Shown piece after piece: positions 28,134 to 38,003 of a DNA stretch of 64,000 nt. Source of the stretch: Candidatus Thorarchaeota archaeon (lineage in GTDB: Archaea > Asgardarchaeota > Thorarchaeia > Thorarchaeales > Thorarchaeaceae). Where the stretch lies: positions 1,289 through 65,288 of the forward strand of contig JBHLQM010000006.1 in assembly GCA_048884785.1 (NCBI GenBank), read 5' to 3'. The notes below the pieces were generated by a model. That model was not told where the DNA came from and did no database searches. It saw nothing but the letters and a program-made list of their open reading frames with translations. The translations under genes and the position numbers were made by a program. How positions within the stretch are numbered: the first letter of the stretch is position 1; each line of letters begins with the position of its first letter.

Positions 28134-29333
28134 ATGGTACAGCTAAAGAGAATGGTTCTCCCATTCACTGCATTAGTAGGATTGGAGCGACTTAAACTAG
28201 CTCTAATCTTAAACGGAGTTAATCCTCGTATTGGTGGTCTACTAGTTTCAGGTCCAAAAGGCACTGGGAAGACGACACTTGTTAGAGCTTTTGCAGAGCT
28301 GCTACCTGAAATTGAAGTAGTCGAAGGCTGCCGATTTGGATGTAATCCTCGAAATCTGGAAACCCTTTGTGAGGAATGCAACAAGCGCATCGAATCAGGA
28401 GAGAAGCTCCCCATCCTATCTGGAAAAATGAGAGTTGTCAATCTTCCACTTTCAACAACAGAGGATCGATTAATTGGTTCGCTGGATCTTGAGAGAGTGC
28501 TGAAAGATGGAATTCAAGCGCTAAGGCCTGGCATCCTTGCAGAAGCTCACCAGAACATTCTCTATGTTGATGAAGTGAATTTGCTGCCAGATCATCTTGT
28601 AGACGATCTTCTTGATGCTGCAGCAACAAAGGTCAATGTAATTGAACGTGAAGGCATCTCTATTTCACATTCATCAGATTTTGTGTTGATGGGTTCTATG
28701 AATCCCGAGGAAGGTGAATTGCGTCCCCAGCTACTCGATAGATTTCCTCTTCATGTATCAGTTGGGTCCAATTACTCGATAGAGGACAGGATGGAGCTCG
28801 TTCGGCGGAATCTGGATTTTGAGAACTCTCCGTATGAGTTCATGGAAAAATGGGAAAAAGAACAAAGTGATTTGAGGCAGCAAATCATTTCGGCGAGAAT
28901 GCTACTTCCAGAAGTTGAATTATCAGAAACTCAGCTTCGAGCAATAGCTATGGCCACAGATGCTCTTGAAGTGGATGGCGTTCGCCCTGACATAATAATC
29001 AGCAAGGCATCGGTCACACTTGCAGCATTCTTTGGTAGAAAAAGTGTAGAACTTGAAGATATGCAGTTGGCTGCCCAATTGACTATGAGCCACAGAACGC
29101 GTCGTGGAGGACTTTTGGAACCTCCCTCACAGAATGAAATCAATGAATCCATTTCAAAGGCACATGATGTTGCACAAAAACAAGACCGAAGAAAATCTCC
29201 CACTGAAGTAGGCGAAGAATCAGGAGAGAAGACTTCAGGAGAACGAAGAAGTGGCGGTAAATTCGGACGGCAAGGATCCTTTGCAGATATGAGTATGGGT
29301 GAGGAAGGCAAAAAAAAACGCCGACAAGAATAA
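28134..29333 (+). CDS. Mg/Co-chelatase subunit I (ChlI/BchI)-type AAA+ ATPase; N-terminal part of a frameshifted ChlD-like gene
   Basis: PFTALVG, GPKGTGKT, TEDRLIGSLD, LYVDEVN, MNPEEGELRPQLLDRF. Ends just after the A9 run. Confidence 0.9.
   Translation: MVQLKRMVLPFTALVGLERLKLALILNGVNPRIGGLLVSGPKGTGKTTLVRAFAELLPEIEVVEGCRFGCNPRNLETLCEECNKRIESGEKLPILSGKMRVVNLPLSTTEDRLIGSLDLERVLKDGIQALRPGILAEAHQNILYVDEVNLLPDHLVDDLLDAAATKVNVIEREGISISHSSDFVLMGSMNPEEGELRPQLLDRFPLHVSVGSNYSIEDRMELVRRNLDFENSPYEFMEKWEKEQSDLRQQIISARMLLPEVELSETQLRAIAMATDALEVDGVRPDIIISKASVTLAAFFGRKSVELEDMQLAAQLTMSHRTRRGGLLEPPSQNEINESISKAHDVAQKQDRRKSPTEVGEESGEKTSGERRSGGKFGRQGSFADMSMGEEGKKKRRQE
29310..29318 (+). other. A9 slippery site, candidate -1 programmed frameshift
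   Basis: GGC AAA AAA AAA CGC. The -1 frame is open from 29303 (after TGA at 29300) through the vWA ORF; the 0 frame stops at 29331. Confidence 0.7.
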
Positions 29334-29377
29334 GAAATCCACGAGGTGATGCCATTCGTGGTACTATCTGTGCTATC

Positions 29378-30814
29378 ATGATGATGGTAGTCTTTGCCTA
29401 TTTTGCTTGGTTGGCAATCAGTCCAGTGAATGTCTTATTTGGATATCCTCTTGGAGTATATCCACCTTCAATAGAACTCGCAATAATAAACACGATACTG
29501 TATATCCCTCTCATTTACTCGGCTGTGAAGAGATGGCTAAGAACCATGTTGAAGAGACAGAGAGGTCCTGCAGCAGGAATTGACACCGTTGAGCCTGGAT
29601 ACGCCGAACCCGAACCCGGTGATGAATGGGGCCGCGCAACGAGACCATATCGCGCCAGAAGCGAAACAAAGACAACCGGTTCGAAATCTGATCTACGAGA
29701 TGCCGCACTTGCTATTGACTCTGCATTCTTTGTAAAACTACCTGACCTCGAAACTGGAGAGTATCTATTCCAACCGGGCGATTTGAAGGCAAAGGCCATG
29801 ATAAGATCCCGTGTATCTTCCGGCGGATGGAAGAATAAGAGAACAAGTACAAGAGCTGCTGGCTCAGTCAAGGCATCAGAATCTCTTAAGACCGGACGAG
29901 CATCTCGATGGCGTCAGCCTGTAGGAGATGTTTCCTCAATACATTTACCTTCTACAATTATGTCCGCAATTTCAAGAATTGGAAAATTTTCGAAAGGTGA
30001 AATAATTCAGATTAAGAAAGAGGACATTAGGGAGAAGGTCTATACAGGGAGAACGCCCTTGACTATCATCTTGGTTGTTGATGTTAGTCTATCAATGAAA
30101 GGAAGCCTGAAAGCTGTAAGGACTATAATGGACAGGATAGAGAGAGAAACGCGAGGCTCCAAGGACAGGATTGGCATTATTGCTTTCAAAGATACTGGCG
30201 CAATCGAGGTTCAGGCCCCAACAACGAATTGGAACAAGATTTACCGTGCTCTCGGGAGACTTCGTATTTCTGGTCTAACTCCGCTTGCTGAAGGTCTTAT
30301 GAAAGCTCTCGAAGCCATTAAGCGAGAAAGAATGCGAAATCGAGACATTGAGCCATTAGTTATAGTAATCTCAGACTTTGCGCCAAATATTCCATTGGCA
30401 CAATCCGTGGGGCCTGGACATGCACAATACACCCCCATAAAGGATCTTGTAAAAGCATCTCGATTACTTCGAAAGCAGGATGTGAGATTAGCTGCAATAA
30501 GTGTGGATCGTGAACATAGAAAATGGTCTAAGTTCATGAAAAGGCCCTATCATGAAGCATTGGAACTTGCAACTCTCCTTCGGATGAGAAAAGAGGGTTA
30601 TTCTGATATTATCGAAACAATTCTTGGTGTGAACGATTTTCGTCAAAACTTCGGGGCGTTCCTTATCGCACGTACCAGTGGAGGTCACGCGTATCTGGCA
30701 GAGGAGCTGGAGCGGGAAAGGTCAATGATCAACACGATTCTCAATGCCAGTCGGTCAAAGGCACGTATGAGTATTCACCGACTACGAGAATTGGAATCTT
30801 ATCTGGAAACGTAG
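29378..30814 (+). CDS. ChlD-like vWA domain protein with N-terminal transmembrane hairpin
   Basis: MIDAS residues DVSLS, GLTPL and ISD; DIREKV pre-vWA motif; two hydrophobic segments at the N-terminus. Confidence 0.85.
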   Translation: MMMVVFAYFAWLAISPVNVLFGYPLGVYPPSIELAIINTILYIPLIYSAVKRWLRTMLKRQRGPAAGIDTVEPGYAEPEPGDEWGRATRPYRARSETKTTGSKSDLRDAALAIDSAFFVKLPDLETGEYLFQPGDLKAKAMIRSRVSSGGWKNKRTSTRAAGSVKASESLKTGRASRWRQPVGDVSSIHLPSTIMSAISRIGKFSKGEIIQIKKEDIREKVYTGRTPLTIILVVDVSLSMKGSLKAVRTIMDRIERETRGSKDRIGIIAFKDTGAIEVQAPTTNWNKIYRALGRLRISGLTPLAEGLMKALEAIKRERMRNRDIEPLVIVISDFAPNIPLAQSVGPGHAQYTPIKDLVKASRLLRKQDVRLAAISVDREHRKWSKFMKRPYHEALELATLLRMRKEGYSDIIETILGVNDFRQNFGAFLIARTSGGHAYLAEELERERSMINTILNASRSKARMSIHRLRELESYLET

Positions 30815-30998
30815 AATTCTGCCTTCTCGATTACATTATTAGCGACTAACACGTGCAATACATGCGCATCAATCTGAGAAATGCCTTTTGTCATAGTGAG
30901 TGTTGAGAGCCCTATTGGGTCTTCGATGATATCACTTTTCATACACTAGGTACAGGATTGGTGCGCCCTTCTCAATGTCTATCTGAGGATGCTTAAAC

Positions 30999-32009
30999 TT
31001 GAAACCTGGAAAAATCCCTCCTTCCATTCTGGAATCGGTTGTCTTCAAATATCTTGGAAGCAACCATCCAAATCTAATTCTTGGTCCTTCTATTGGGCAA
31101 GATGCATCACTCATCAAGATGGGAGATAGAATTCTGGTTGCCTCAACGGATCCCATTACAGGTTCAATCGAAGATGTTGGTTGGTTGTCTGTTCACATCA
31201 ATGCGAATGACATAGCAACCTTTGGTGTCGAACCTCAGTGGTTTCTAAATTCTATAATGCTCCCTCCTGACTCAGGACCCAGTGAATTAGAGAGGATAAT
31301 GAAGCAAATACAGGAGGCTGCTGCATCATTAAATATTGTTGTGGCAGGGGGTCATACTGAAATTACGGAAGGGATTGAAAATCCAATTATTGCAGGATTC
31401 ATGCTTGGAGAAACAAGAGAGGGCTCCTATGTCACTTCTGCAGGTGCTCAACCTGGAGATGCCATAGTAATGACAAAGACTGCAGCAATTGAAGGTACCG
31501 CGATTTTAGCTGCGGAAGGTTATGATTTTTTGGTGCAAGTGCTTGGAAAAAGTGTAGTTGACCAAGCAAGAGAACTTCGAAAGAATATAAGCGTAGTAAG
31601 AGAAGGTGTTACTGCATTCAAAACAGGATATCTTACTGCAATGCATGACCCGACCGAGGGCGGTATTGCAAATGGTATCCACGAGCTCTGCGATGCAAGC
31701 CATGTAGGCTGTCTCATCTATCCAAACTTGATACCCGTACATTCTGCAACCAAATCGATTTGTGAATCCCTAAAGATTGACCATCTTCAATTAATTAGTA
31801 GCGGCAGTATGCTTCTAACATGCAGAAAGGCGCACTCAAATGAAGTTCTCAAGGCTCTTGCATCTGTGAGTATTCCTGCTGTAGTCATTGGTGAAACACT
31901 TAAAGATCCTCAAGACAGATTAATTGAATCAACGCAAGGGAAGACGGAGCTAGTGCGGCCAGAATCAGATGCACTGTGGACTGCGCTCCATAGATTTACT
32001 CGTTCATGA
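30999..32009 (+). CDS. AIR-synthase family (HypE/PurM/ThiL-like) protein
   Basis: STDPIT, ANDIA, GGHTE and MHDPTEGG. Confidence 0.88.
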   Translation: MKPGKIPPSILESVVFKYLGSNHPNLILGPSIGQDASLIKMGDRILVASTDPITGSIEDVGWLSVHINANDIATFGVEPQWFLNSIMLPPDSGPSELERIMKQIQEAAASLNIVVAGGHTEITEGIENPIIAGFMLGETREGSYVTSAGAQPGDAIVMTKTAAIEGTAILAAEGYDFLVQVLGKSVVDQARELRKNISVVREGVTAFKTGYLTAMHDPTEGGIANGIHELCDASHVGCLIYPNLIPVHSATKSICESLKIDHLQLISSGSMLLTCRKAHSNEVLKALASVSIPAVVIGETLKDPQDRLIESTQGKTELVRPESDALWTALHRFTRS

Positions 32010-32775
32010 AATCCTTCAAAAGTTCCAATTCCTTTGGACCAACTGATTCGATAACAATCGGTGAGAGGGAGATACATCCCTCCTTTAGAACAGCTGCTAC
32101 ATCTTCATCTGCAGAACCAGTTTTTTCAACTCCTTCAAACCAATAGTAATCTCTTCGGTGGGGGTCCACTCGATGAACAACACGATTAATCATTCTGACT
32201 CTCGCAGGTTTGGTTATTTTTAATGGAGTGTATTCTGTGATAGAGCAGGGAAAATTCAGATTCAGGGCATCTATACCTTTGGGTATCCCCTTCTCGAGCG
32301 CCCTTTTAATGATGTTTTCTGAAACTCTGCACTCCACTTCAAACAGGCTTTCTGTTCCATTAGTATCAAACCAATCGTCCGGCCCCGTTTCTTGAGAAAT
32401 CGCGATAGCTGCGTATCCTTTTAGTGTTGCTTCAAATGCAGCACCTACAGTTCCACTTGTGAACATGCTTTGATAGCCAATATTGGCTCCTGAATTAATT
32501 CCTGAAACAAAGAGGTCAATGGTTTCTAGAAAGTGAGCTGCAAGAACTACTGAATCAGCTGGTGTTCCATCGTGCGTTATTAGTCTATACCCTCTTGCTT
32601 TTCCTCGCTCTGTTACTCGAAGTGGGCGATTCAATGTAAGAGACTTGCCTGTTGCACTTCTCTGTCCCTCAGGTACAACCACTGTGAGTTCTGCAAATTC
32701 CGCGATTTTATCGGCAAGTTTTAACATTCCTTGGCTGTAGGGACCATCATCATTTGTGAGGCAGACTTTATGCAA
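31996..32775 (-). CDS. surE: 5'/3'-nucleotidase SurE
   Basis: LTNDDG, GTPAD, SGINSGAN and SGTVGAA. Confidence 0.93.
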   Translation of the reverse strand: MHKVCLTNDDGPYSQGMLKLADKIAEFAELTVVVPEGQRSATGKSLTLNRPLRVTERGKARGYRLITHDGTPADSVVLAAHFLETIDLFVSGINSGANIGYQSMFTSGTVGAAFEATLKGYAAIAISQETGPDDWFDTNGTESLFEVECRVSENIIKRALEKGIPKGIDALNLNFPCSITEYTPLKITKPARVRMINRVVHRVDPHRRDYYWFEGVEKTGSADEDVAAVLKEGCISLSPIVIESVGPKELELLKDFMNE

Positions 32776-32840
32776 TTAATAGCCATCCCTTTGCTTTTTG
32801 GCATTAGGAATTTGATTCATTGATAAGATTGACGATAAGC

Positions 32841-32882
32841 AAAAAGAAAGACGAACCCGGGTGCCCTAGGGCTCCCAGATTC
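32841..32882 (-). terminator. Hairpin plus T-tract after the histone gene
   Basis: Minus strand GGGAGCCC-TA-GGGCACCC followed by CTTTCTTTTT. Confidence 0.55.
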
Positions 32883-32908
32883 TTTTTTGAGGTCTACAAT
32901 TTGAAAAT

Positions 32909-33079
32909 CTACAAGTCATAAGCTTTGAGAGTCTTTCGCTTGTTCTCTCCGCAGCGTTTAACCGCGTGATCGAGCAGCATCTCAATCTTTTTGTCTAGGG
33001 CTCCATAGAAGTCGCCACCGACTTGCACATTTTTCTTCTTCGCGTAGTCTTGAATTGCTTTCTTTACTGTGAAGCTCAT
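32909..33079 (-). CDS. Short archaeal histone-fold protein (truncated alpha3, face-to-face/DUF1931-like type)
   Basis: VKKAIQDY...VGGDFYGALD..IE.LL..AVKR..NKRKTLKAYDL. GGAGG upstream of the ATG at 33079; CTTATAAG TATA at ~33130-33137. Confidence 0.85.
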   Translation of the reverse strand: MSFTVKKAIQDYAKKKNVQVGGDFYGALDKKIEMLLDHAVKRCGENKRKTLKAYDL

Positions 33080-33195
33080 ATATCGACCTTCCTCCATAGC
33101 GAAATGTGTGCTTAGAATACAGCCCCATCCTTATAAGGCTTCTCTGAAGGCCGAATAAATGGCGGTTTAAACCCATTTTAATGGGGGTTGTTCAA

Positions 33196-34290
33196 CTACG
33201 GGAATTTATCACTAAGAATATCAATAATCTTGACAGATGCTCGACCATCGCCATAGGGGCTTGGCCTATTGGTTGTGATTCCATGTTGAATTTTCTTATG
33301 GATATTTCTCTGTATTTCATTGGCATTCACACCTACAACTGTTACATGCCCAGTCTGAACCGCTTCTGGCCTCTCTGTAGAAGTTCTCAAAACGAAAGCA
33401 TGTTTATTGATCGAAGGAGCTGTTACTTCTTCTTGTATCCCTCCAGAGTCAGTAAGAATATACTTGGAATTCATCATGAGTCCCATAAATTCGAGATAAC
33501 CAACAGGATCTATTATCTCGATTATCTTCTCATTTTCCACCTGTTCATAGATTCCAAATTCCTTCATGCGTGCAATTGTTCTGGGATGAGCAGGAAAGAG
33601 TATCTTTTCATCTAATGCGGAAACACCACTGACTATCTCTGCGAGAGTCTTCCGATGGTCGACATTCTCTGCCCTGTGAAGGGTCATTAGTACGAAATCT
33701 TTGATACTGGCATACCTGCTCTGATTATACAGTTCAGCGGCTTTTCTCGATACCCTTTCGATGGCGTCAATTACTGTGTTGCCAGTTACATGGATCTCTC
33801 CCCATACATTTTCACGGCGCAGAATATTCGCTGACTCATTTGTGGGAGCGAATAAGAATGTTGAAACGTGATCAGTCAGTCTTCTATTATGCTCTTCAGG
33901 CATGCTGGTATCATAACTTCTCAAACCTGCTTCGACATGTCCTATTGGAATATTCATTTTTGCGGCTGCTAGCGCTGCTGAAAGAACTGCGTTAGTATCG
34001 CCTTGGACAAGAACCACATCTGGCCGGTATTTCATCAATTCTCTCTCGATACCAAGAAGCGCCTTTGCAGTCTGTTCTGAATGCGTCCCAGAACCGATAT
34101 CCAAATTGATGTCTGGCTGTTTGAGTTCCAAATCGGCAAAAAAGGAGCCGCTCATTTTAACGGAATAATGCTGACCCGTATGTAGAAGATAATGGTCAAT
34201 ATCTCGTTTTTCACACTCTTGAATGATTGGAGCCATTTTGACTATTTCAGGTCGTGTTCCAATCACAAAAAACACTCTCAAGCAGGTCAC
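33196..34290 (-). CDS. wecB: UDP-N-acetylglucosamine 2-epimerase (non-hydrolysing)
   Basis: GTRPE, HTGQH, QGDT, HVEAGLRS, PEEHNR, TDSGGIQEE and PYGDG. Confidence 0.95.
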   Translation of the reverse strand: MTCLRVFFVIGTRPEIVKMAPIIQECEKRDIDHYLLHTGQHYSVKMSGSFFADLELKQPDINLDIGSGTHSEQTAKALLGIERELMKYRPDVVLVQGDTNAVLSAALAAAKMNIPIGHVEAGLRSYDTSMPEEHNRRLTDHVSTFLFAPTNESANILRRENVWGEIHVTGNTVIDAIERVSRKAAELYNQSRYASIKDFVLMTLHRAENVDHRKTLAEIVSGVSALDEKILFPAHPRTIARMKEFGIYEQVENEKIIEIIDPVGYLEFMGLMMNSKYILTDSGGIQEEVTAPSINKHAFVLRTSTERPEAVQTGHVTVVGVNANEIQRNIHKKIQHGITTNRPSPYGDGRASVKIIDILSDKFP

Positions 34291-34391
34291 CCAGCTGTTT
34301 GAGGTTGATTCAATTCATAAGTTTGACGGATAGGGGATGTCGAAAACACCTTTAAGATTCTATGATGCACGTTTAATATCAAACTTTTGGG

Positions 34392-35177
34392 GTGAATCAA
34401 AGAGTGAGGTATGCGTATGGAGTGCTCATTGGATTTCTTTTGTCAGGTATCATTTTCATTGTGGCAGCAGTCATCAAGCTTGCGGGATTTGGTATAACTG
34501 ATCAAAATGCACTATCCACCATATGGAATATCTTCCTAATTTGGGTCTTTGTATCAATTATTCTTGTTTTTGCTCCTGTTGTCATTTCATTCTTTGCTTA
34601 CCGTCCAATCTTCAAAGATATCGTCTTTTTCGAAGCAGGAGGACTCGCATTATTTACGCCATTTTGGTTTGCCATTGCAGCGGAAATATCCGGCGATTCA
34701 ATCATTGATGTGCTTATGAATGGGGTTGATAATGCCATCCCATTCTTTAACGAAACAGGTCAACTTGTAGGAGTACGAATTGGCCCTGTAATGCTGGTTC
34801 CAATACTTCTTCTAATGGTAGTTGTCGGATTGTTTATTCTGCGGCCCTCTTTCATCAGCAGCCTTCATAAAACTGAAGAGCCACCAGAATTGTCAGCCCT
34901 GAAGGAATCTGCTGTTGATCCCATGGAGGCGGAAATGCCGGATATTGCTCCTCCTGTTGCCGATTCGAATAGCATCGATGAACTCAGGAAGATTCTGACT
35001 GAGATATCACTACCAAGCTCAACCATTGAATTGATTATAAACGCGGGATTTGCCACAATAACAGACCTTGTAGCCACCAGTCCGGAGCAATTGGCGTCTT
35101 CAGCCCGGATTGAATCCAAGATAGCCCAGGATATACTTCTAGCCGTGCAGAAACGAGTTTGGTTTGGTGGAATCTAA
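34392..35177 (+). CDS. Multi-TM membrane protein with C-terminal helix-hairpin-helix domain
   Basis: Four TMs followed by TIELIINAGFATITDLVATSPEQLA, similar to the RadA N-terminal HhH domain. Confidence 0.7.
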   Translation: MNQRVRYAYGVLIGFLLSGIIFIVAAVIKLAGFGITDQNALSTIWNIFLIWVFVSIILVFAPVVISFFAYRPIFKDIVFFEAGGLALFTPFWFAIAAEISGDSIIDVLMNGVDNAIPFFNETGQLVGVRIGPVMLVPILLLMVVVGLFILRPSFISSLHKTEEPPELSALKESAVDPMEAEMPDIAPPVADSNSIDELRKILTEISLPSSTIELIINAGFATITDLVATSPEQLASSARIESKIAQDILLAVQKRVWFGGI

Positions 35178-35196
35178 ATCAAACTTGCCGATGCAA

Positions 35197-35940
35197 CTAT
35201 CTGGCTGACATTAATGCATCAAGTGCAATAAGAATCAGGTTTTCAATATTTGGCTTTCCAATGATTTTTGCCTCTTTTTCAATAGGTTCTCCAACTATAA
35301 CGCAAGCCGTTCCAACCCTTACTTGACGCAATTGACCAATAACAAAGAGGACTGCACTCTCCATCTCTGTGGCTATTACTCCGGCTTTTCGATATGCGTT
35401 CCACCTATTCTGCATTGAAACGCTATCAGCGACCAAATCAGGAAATTCACTATAAAATGCATCTTTGCTGTGACCTATCCCAATTCGATAGGAAACACCA
35501 CGCTTCTGGGCTGCCCTTGATAGAAATTCCAAAAGATCCGGATCTGCGATTGCAGGATACTCAATTGGGACATATTGCCTGGAGGTCCCATCGTCCCGAA
35601 CTGACCCTGAAAATATGACGATATCTCCAGCTTTCAGGGTTGTATCTATAGCTCCTGCGGTTCCTACTCTTATGAACGTATGACACCCAACACGAATGAG
35701 CTCTTCAATTGCAATCGCAGCTGAAGGACATCCGATTCCCGTTGAACAAACACCAACAGGGACTCCTTGGTAGGTTCCTCTAAAGCTCCAATATTCCCTT
35801 TTCTTGGCAACTTGCTCCGCATTGTCGAAATAGGATTCTGCGATTATTTTTGAGCGGTCTGGGTCTCCGGGTAATAATACAAGAGGTGGGATCTCGCCAG
35901 GTGCGATGTCGATGTGATATTCTCGTTCTTGTTCAATCAT
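35197..35940 (-). CDS. udp: Uridine phosphorylase
   Basis: LPGDPDR, REY, STGIGCPS, IRVGT and EMES. Confidence 0.9.
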   Translation of the reverse strand: MIEQEREYHIDIAPGEIPPLVLLPGDPDRSKIIAESYFDNAEQVAKKREYWSFRGTYQGVPVGVCSTGIGCPSAAIAIEELIRVGCHTFIRVGTAGAIDTTLKAGDIVIFSGSVRDDGTSRQYVPIEYPAIADPDLLEFLSRAAQKRGVSYRIGIGHSKDAFYSEFPDLVADSVSMQNRWNAYRKAGVIATEMESAVLFVIGQLRQVRVGTACVIVGEPIEKEAKIIGKPNIENLILIALDALMSAR

Positions 35941-36054
35941 CTGAGGACAACCCCGACTCTGCGTTCAATGTTGACTAAAAATGCTTTCGACAGAACGACA
36001 GTTACTCCGACATGCTTAAAAGATACAGTCTGGCCGCGGAATTTAGTGGTACTC

Positions 36055-36279
36055 ATGAGCTCAGAAATCACAGACTTGGAACGAAATATTCTCGCAGTGA
36101 TTATCAAAGATAGCCACCGTGCTTCGGCGATAACTCGAATCCTTTTAAGTCGTCAAATTGACTGCGATCAGAACAAGGTGATTCAGACACTAAATTCATT
36201 GGAAAAGAGGAATCTTGCTGAACGATTCACTGAAAAGACATGGATAGCAAAAGGGAGGGCTGGCGAGCTAATAGAATAG
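36055..36279 (+). CDS. Small winged-helix protein
   Basis: ITDLERNIL...KVIQTLNSLEKRNLAER..W. The ATG at 36055 follows CTTAAAA; the track ORF starts at 35914 and overlaps udp. Confidence 0.65.
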   Translation: MSSEITDLERNILAVIIKDSHRASAITRILLSRQIDCDQNKVIQTLNSLEKRNLAERFTEKTWIAKGRAGELIE

Positions 36280-36318
36280 CTATCTATTGCTTTCCACTAT
36301 GTTGGAGGAGCAATTCAA

Positions 36319-37305
36319 CTAGAGAATCTTTACAAGTTTGTCAACAATATTATACGTTAATTCGGGATTCTTAACTGAGAAGACATGTGTTCGAATAGTA
36401 TTCGATGCCACTATTCGTCCTTCTACCTTAGAAACGAGGTTCTCGAGTAATTCTTCTCCCAGATCCACCAGAGGGAGGACATGTACGACAGCAAGGCCAA
36501 CATCTGCTGCTCCTTGCTTCCTCAATCTGTCTGCAGCCTTAAGGAGGGTACTTCCGCTTTTTGTCAAGTCATCTATTACAATCACATTTCTATCTGTGAC
36601 ATCAAGGTCTCCATGCAGCTCTACGCTGAAGGAATTTGCTCGGCTTTTACCAAAACCCGCACAGTCAAATCGTTCTTGTCCTCCTTCATCAGGTGTTACA
36701 ATTAAGTAGTCATCAAATTCGAATTGATGTGCTGCAAATTTGACCAGATCATGCATAATATCCACGATCTGAAGTTTCTCCTTATCGAGTAAATCTTTCA
36801 TCCAATCAAGGCTCTCTGGCGCATGCGGATTCAGCACCCATATTTTATCACACGCCTCTGCTATTTTGTTCATAGCCCAACGTGCTGAAACTGCCTCTCC
36901 TGTTTTGAAAGCCTTGTCCTGAAGTGCATACGGCTGAAATGTAAGAACAACATCTATTCTACTCGGAGGTTTTACTGGGGTGGCACAGTACACTTTATGT
37001 TCCTTTTCTTCAACAGATACAGGTTTATTCAATAGATCCAGCATTAGAAGTAACTCAATTAATCTGTCCGCTGTAGAGTATGATTCTTGTTCATCAGGAC
37101 CTGACCCCGTACAACTCTGGACAACCACAACTTTGCGACCTGTCAGCCTTGAAATTCGGGGTATCCTAACATAGAGGTCTCCATTAGGGAACATTCTCTT
37201 GCTATCATAATTCGTAGCAGATCTAAAAACGGTGTATCCAAGTTCTTTAAATCGGAGGCCCAGATGCTCTGCTCCACTAGCCAGAATAACCTCATATTCT
37301 TTCAT
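36319..37305 (-). CDS. prs: Ribose-phosphate pyrophosphokinase-like protein (divergent)
   Basis: FPNGDLYVRI, PYALQDKAFKTGE, NPH, PDEGG and IDDLTKSGSTL. Confidence 0.8.
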   Translation of the reverse strand: MKEYEVILASGAEHLGLRFKELGYTVFRSATNYDSKRMFPNGDLYVRIPRISRLTGRKVVVVQSCTGSGPDEQESYSTADRLIELLLMLDLLNKPVSVEEKEHKVYCATPVKPPSRIDVVLTFQPYALQDKAFKTGEAVSARWAMNKIAEACDKIWVLNPHAPESLDWMKDLLDKEKLQIVDIMHDLVKFAAHQFEFDDYLIVTPDEGGQERFDCAGFGKSRANSFSVELHGDLDVTDRNVIVIDDLTKSGSTLLKAADRLRKQGAADVGLAVVHVLPLVDLGEELLENLVSKVEGRIVASNTIRTHVFSVKNPELTYNIVDKLVKIL

Positions 37306-37355
37306 TGCTGTCAGCCAAGCCTTGCGCCTTCTTGCCTCCTTAAGTGGATTTCTTT

Positions 37356-37919
37356 TTAGTCAATATCTGGTTTTCTTTGGCCAACATAACGACTTCCGGC
37401 GCGTTTGTCGTATCCTGTTTCTGCTTTGCTACTAAGCGGGATAAACATAACCTGAACAATTCGCATGCCCGGATACAGCATTACAGGGCTTAAATTCTCA
37501 CAGAAGATTTCCAAGGTCAAGCGTCCGGGTTTATCAACTCCGGTTCCTGGGTTAACAAGTCCTGCAGCATGAACAATAATCCCAAGGCGTGCTATACTTG
37601 ACCTCCCTTCCAGCAGGCCAGCATATTTCTCTGAAACCGAGATGCTTTCCATCGTTTGCCCCAAAATGAACTGACCGGGAAGAATCATGAAGGGTTCCCC
37701 ATTCGTGTCGACTAAATGTGTATCTTTGTCATGTGGAATCGCGGCATGGATATCCACAGGTGGTCCAGGATGGTAAATTCTAAAAACACTATCAAGTCGC
37801 AAATCTACACTACACGGACCAATTGCATTCTGATCCAAAGGGGATATTGAAATCTCATGGTCACGGATTGCTTTTCTAATGTCCGCATCTGATAGCATCA
37901 TCAATATCTCTCCAAGCAT
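37356..37919 (-). CDS. dcd: dCTP deaminase
   Basis: MLSDADI, PCSVDLRL, EGRSSIARLG, LTLE and YVGQ. Confidence 0.92.
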   Translation of the reverse strand: MLGEILMMLSDADIRKAIRDHEISISPLDQNAIGPCSVDLRLDSVFRIYHPGPPVDIHAAIPHDKDTHLVDTNGEPFMILPGQFILGQTMESISVSEKYAGLLEGRSSIARLGIIVHAAGLVNPGTGVDKPGRLTLEIFCENLSPVMLYPGMRIVQVMFIPLSSKAETGYDKRAGSRYVGQRKPDID

Positions 37920-38003
37920 CTGTCATGTCTTTCTTCGCCTTTAATTTATTGTAGGAGATTCTTGCCTGGATTCTGATTCTCAATCGTGATACAATAACCT
38001 ATA

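Noticed and set aside
28054-28164. N-terminal 37-aa extension of the thrC ORF
   Set aside because: Overlaps the divergent AAA+ gene start; homology begins at the ATG at 28053.
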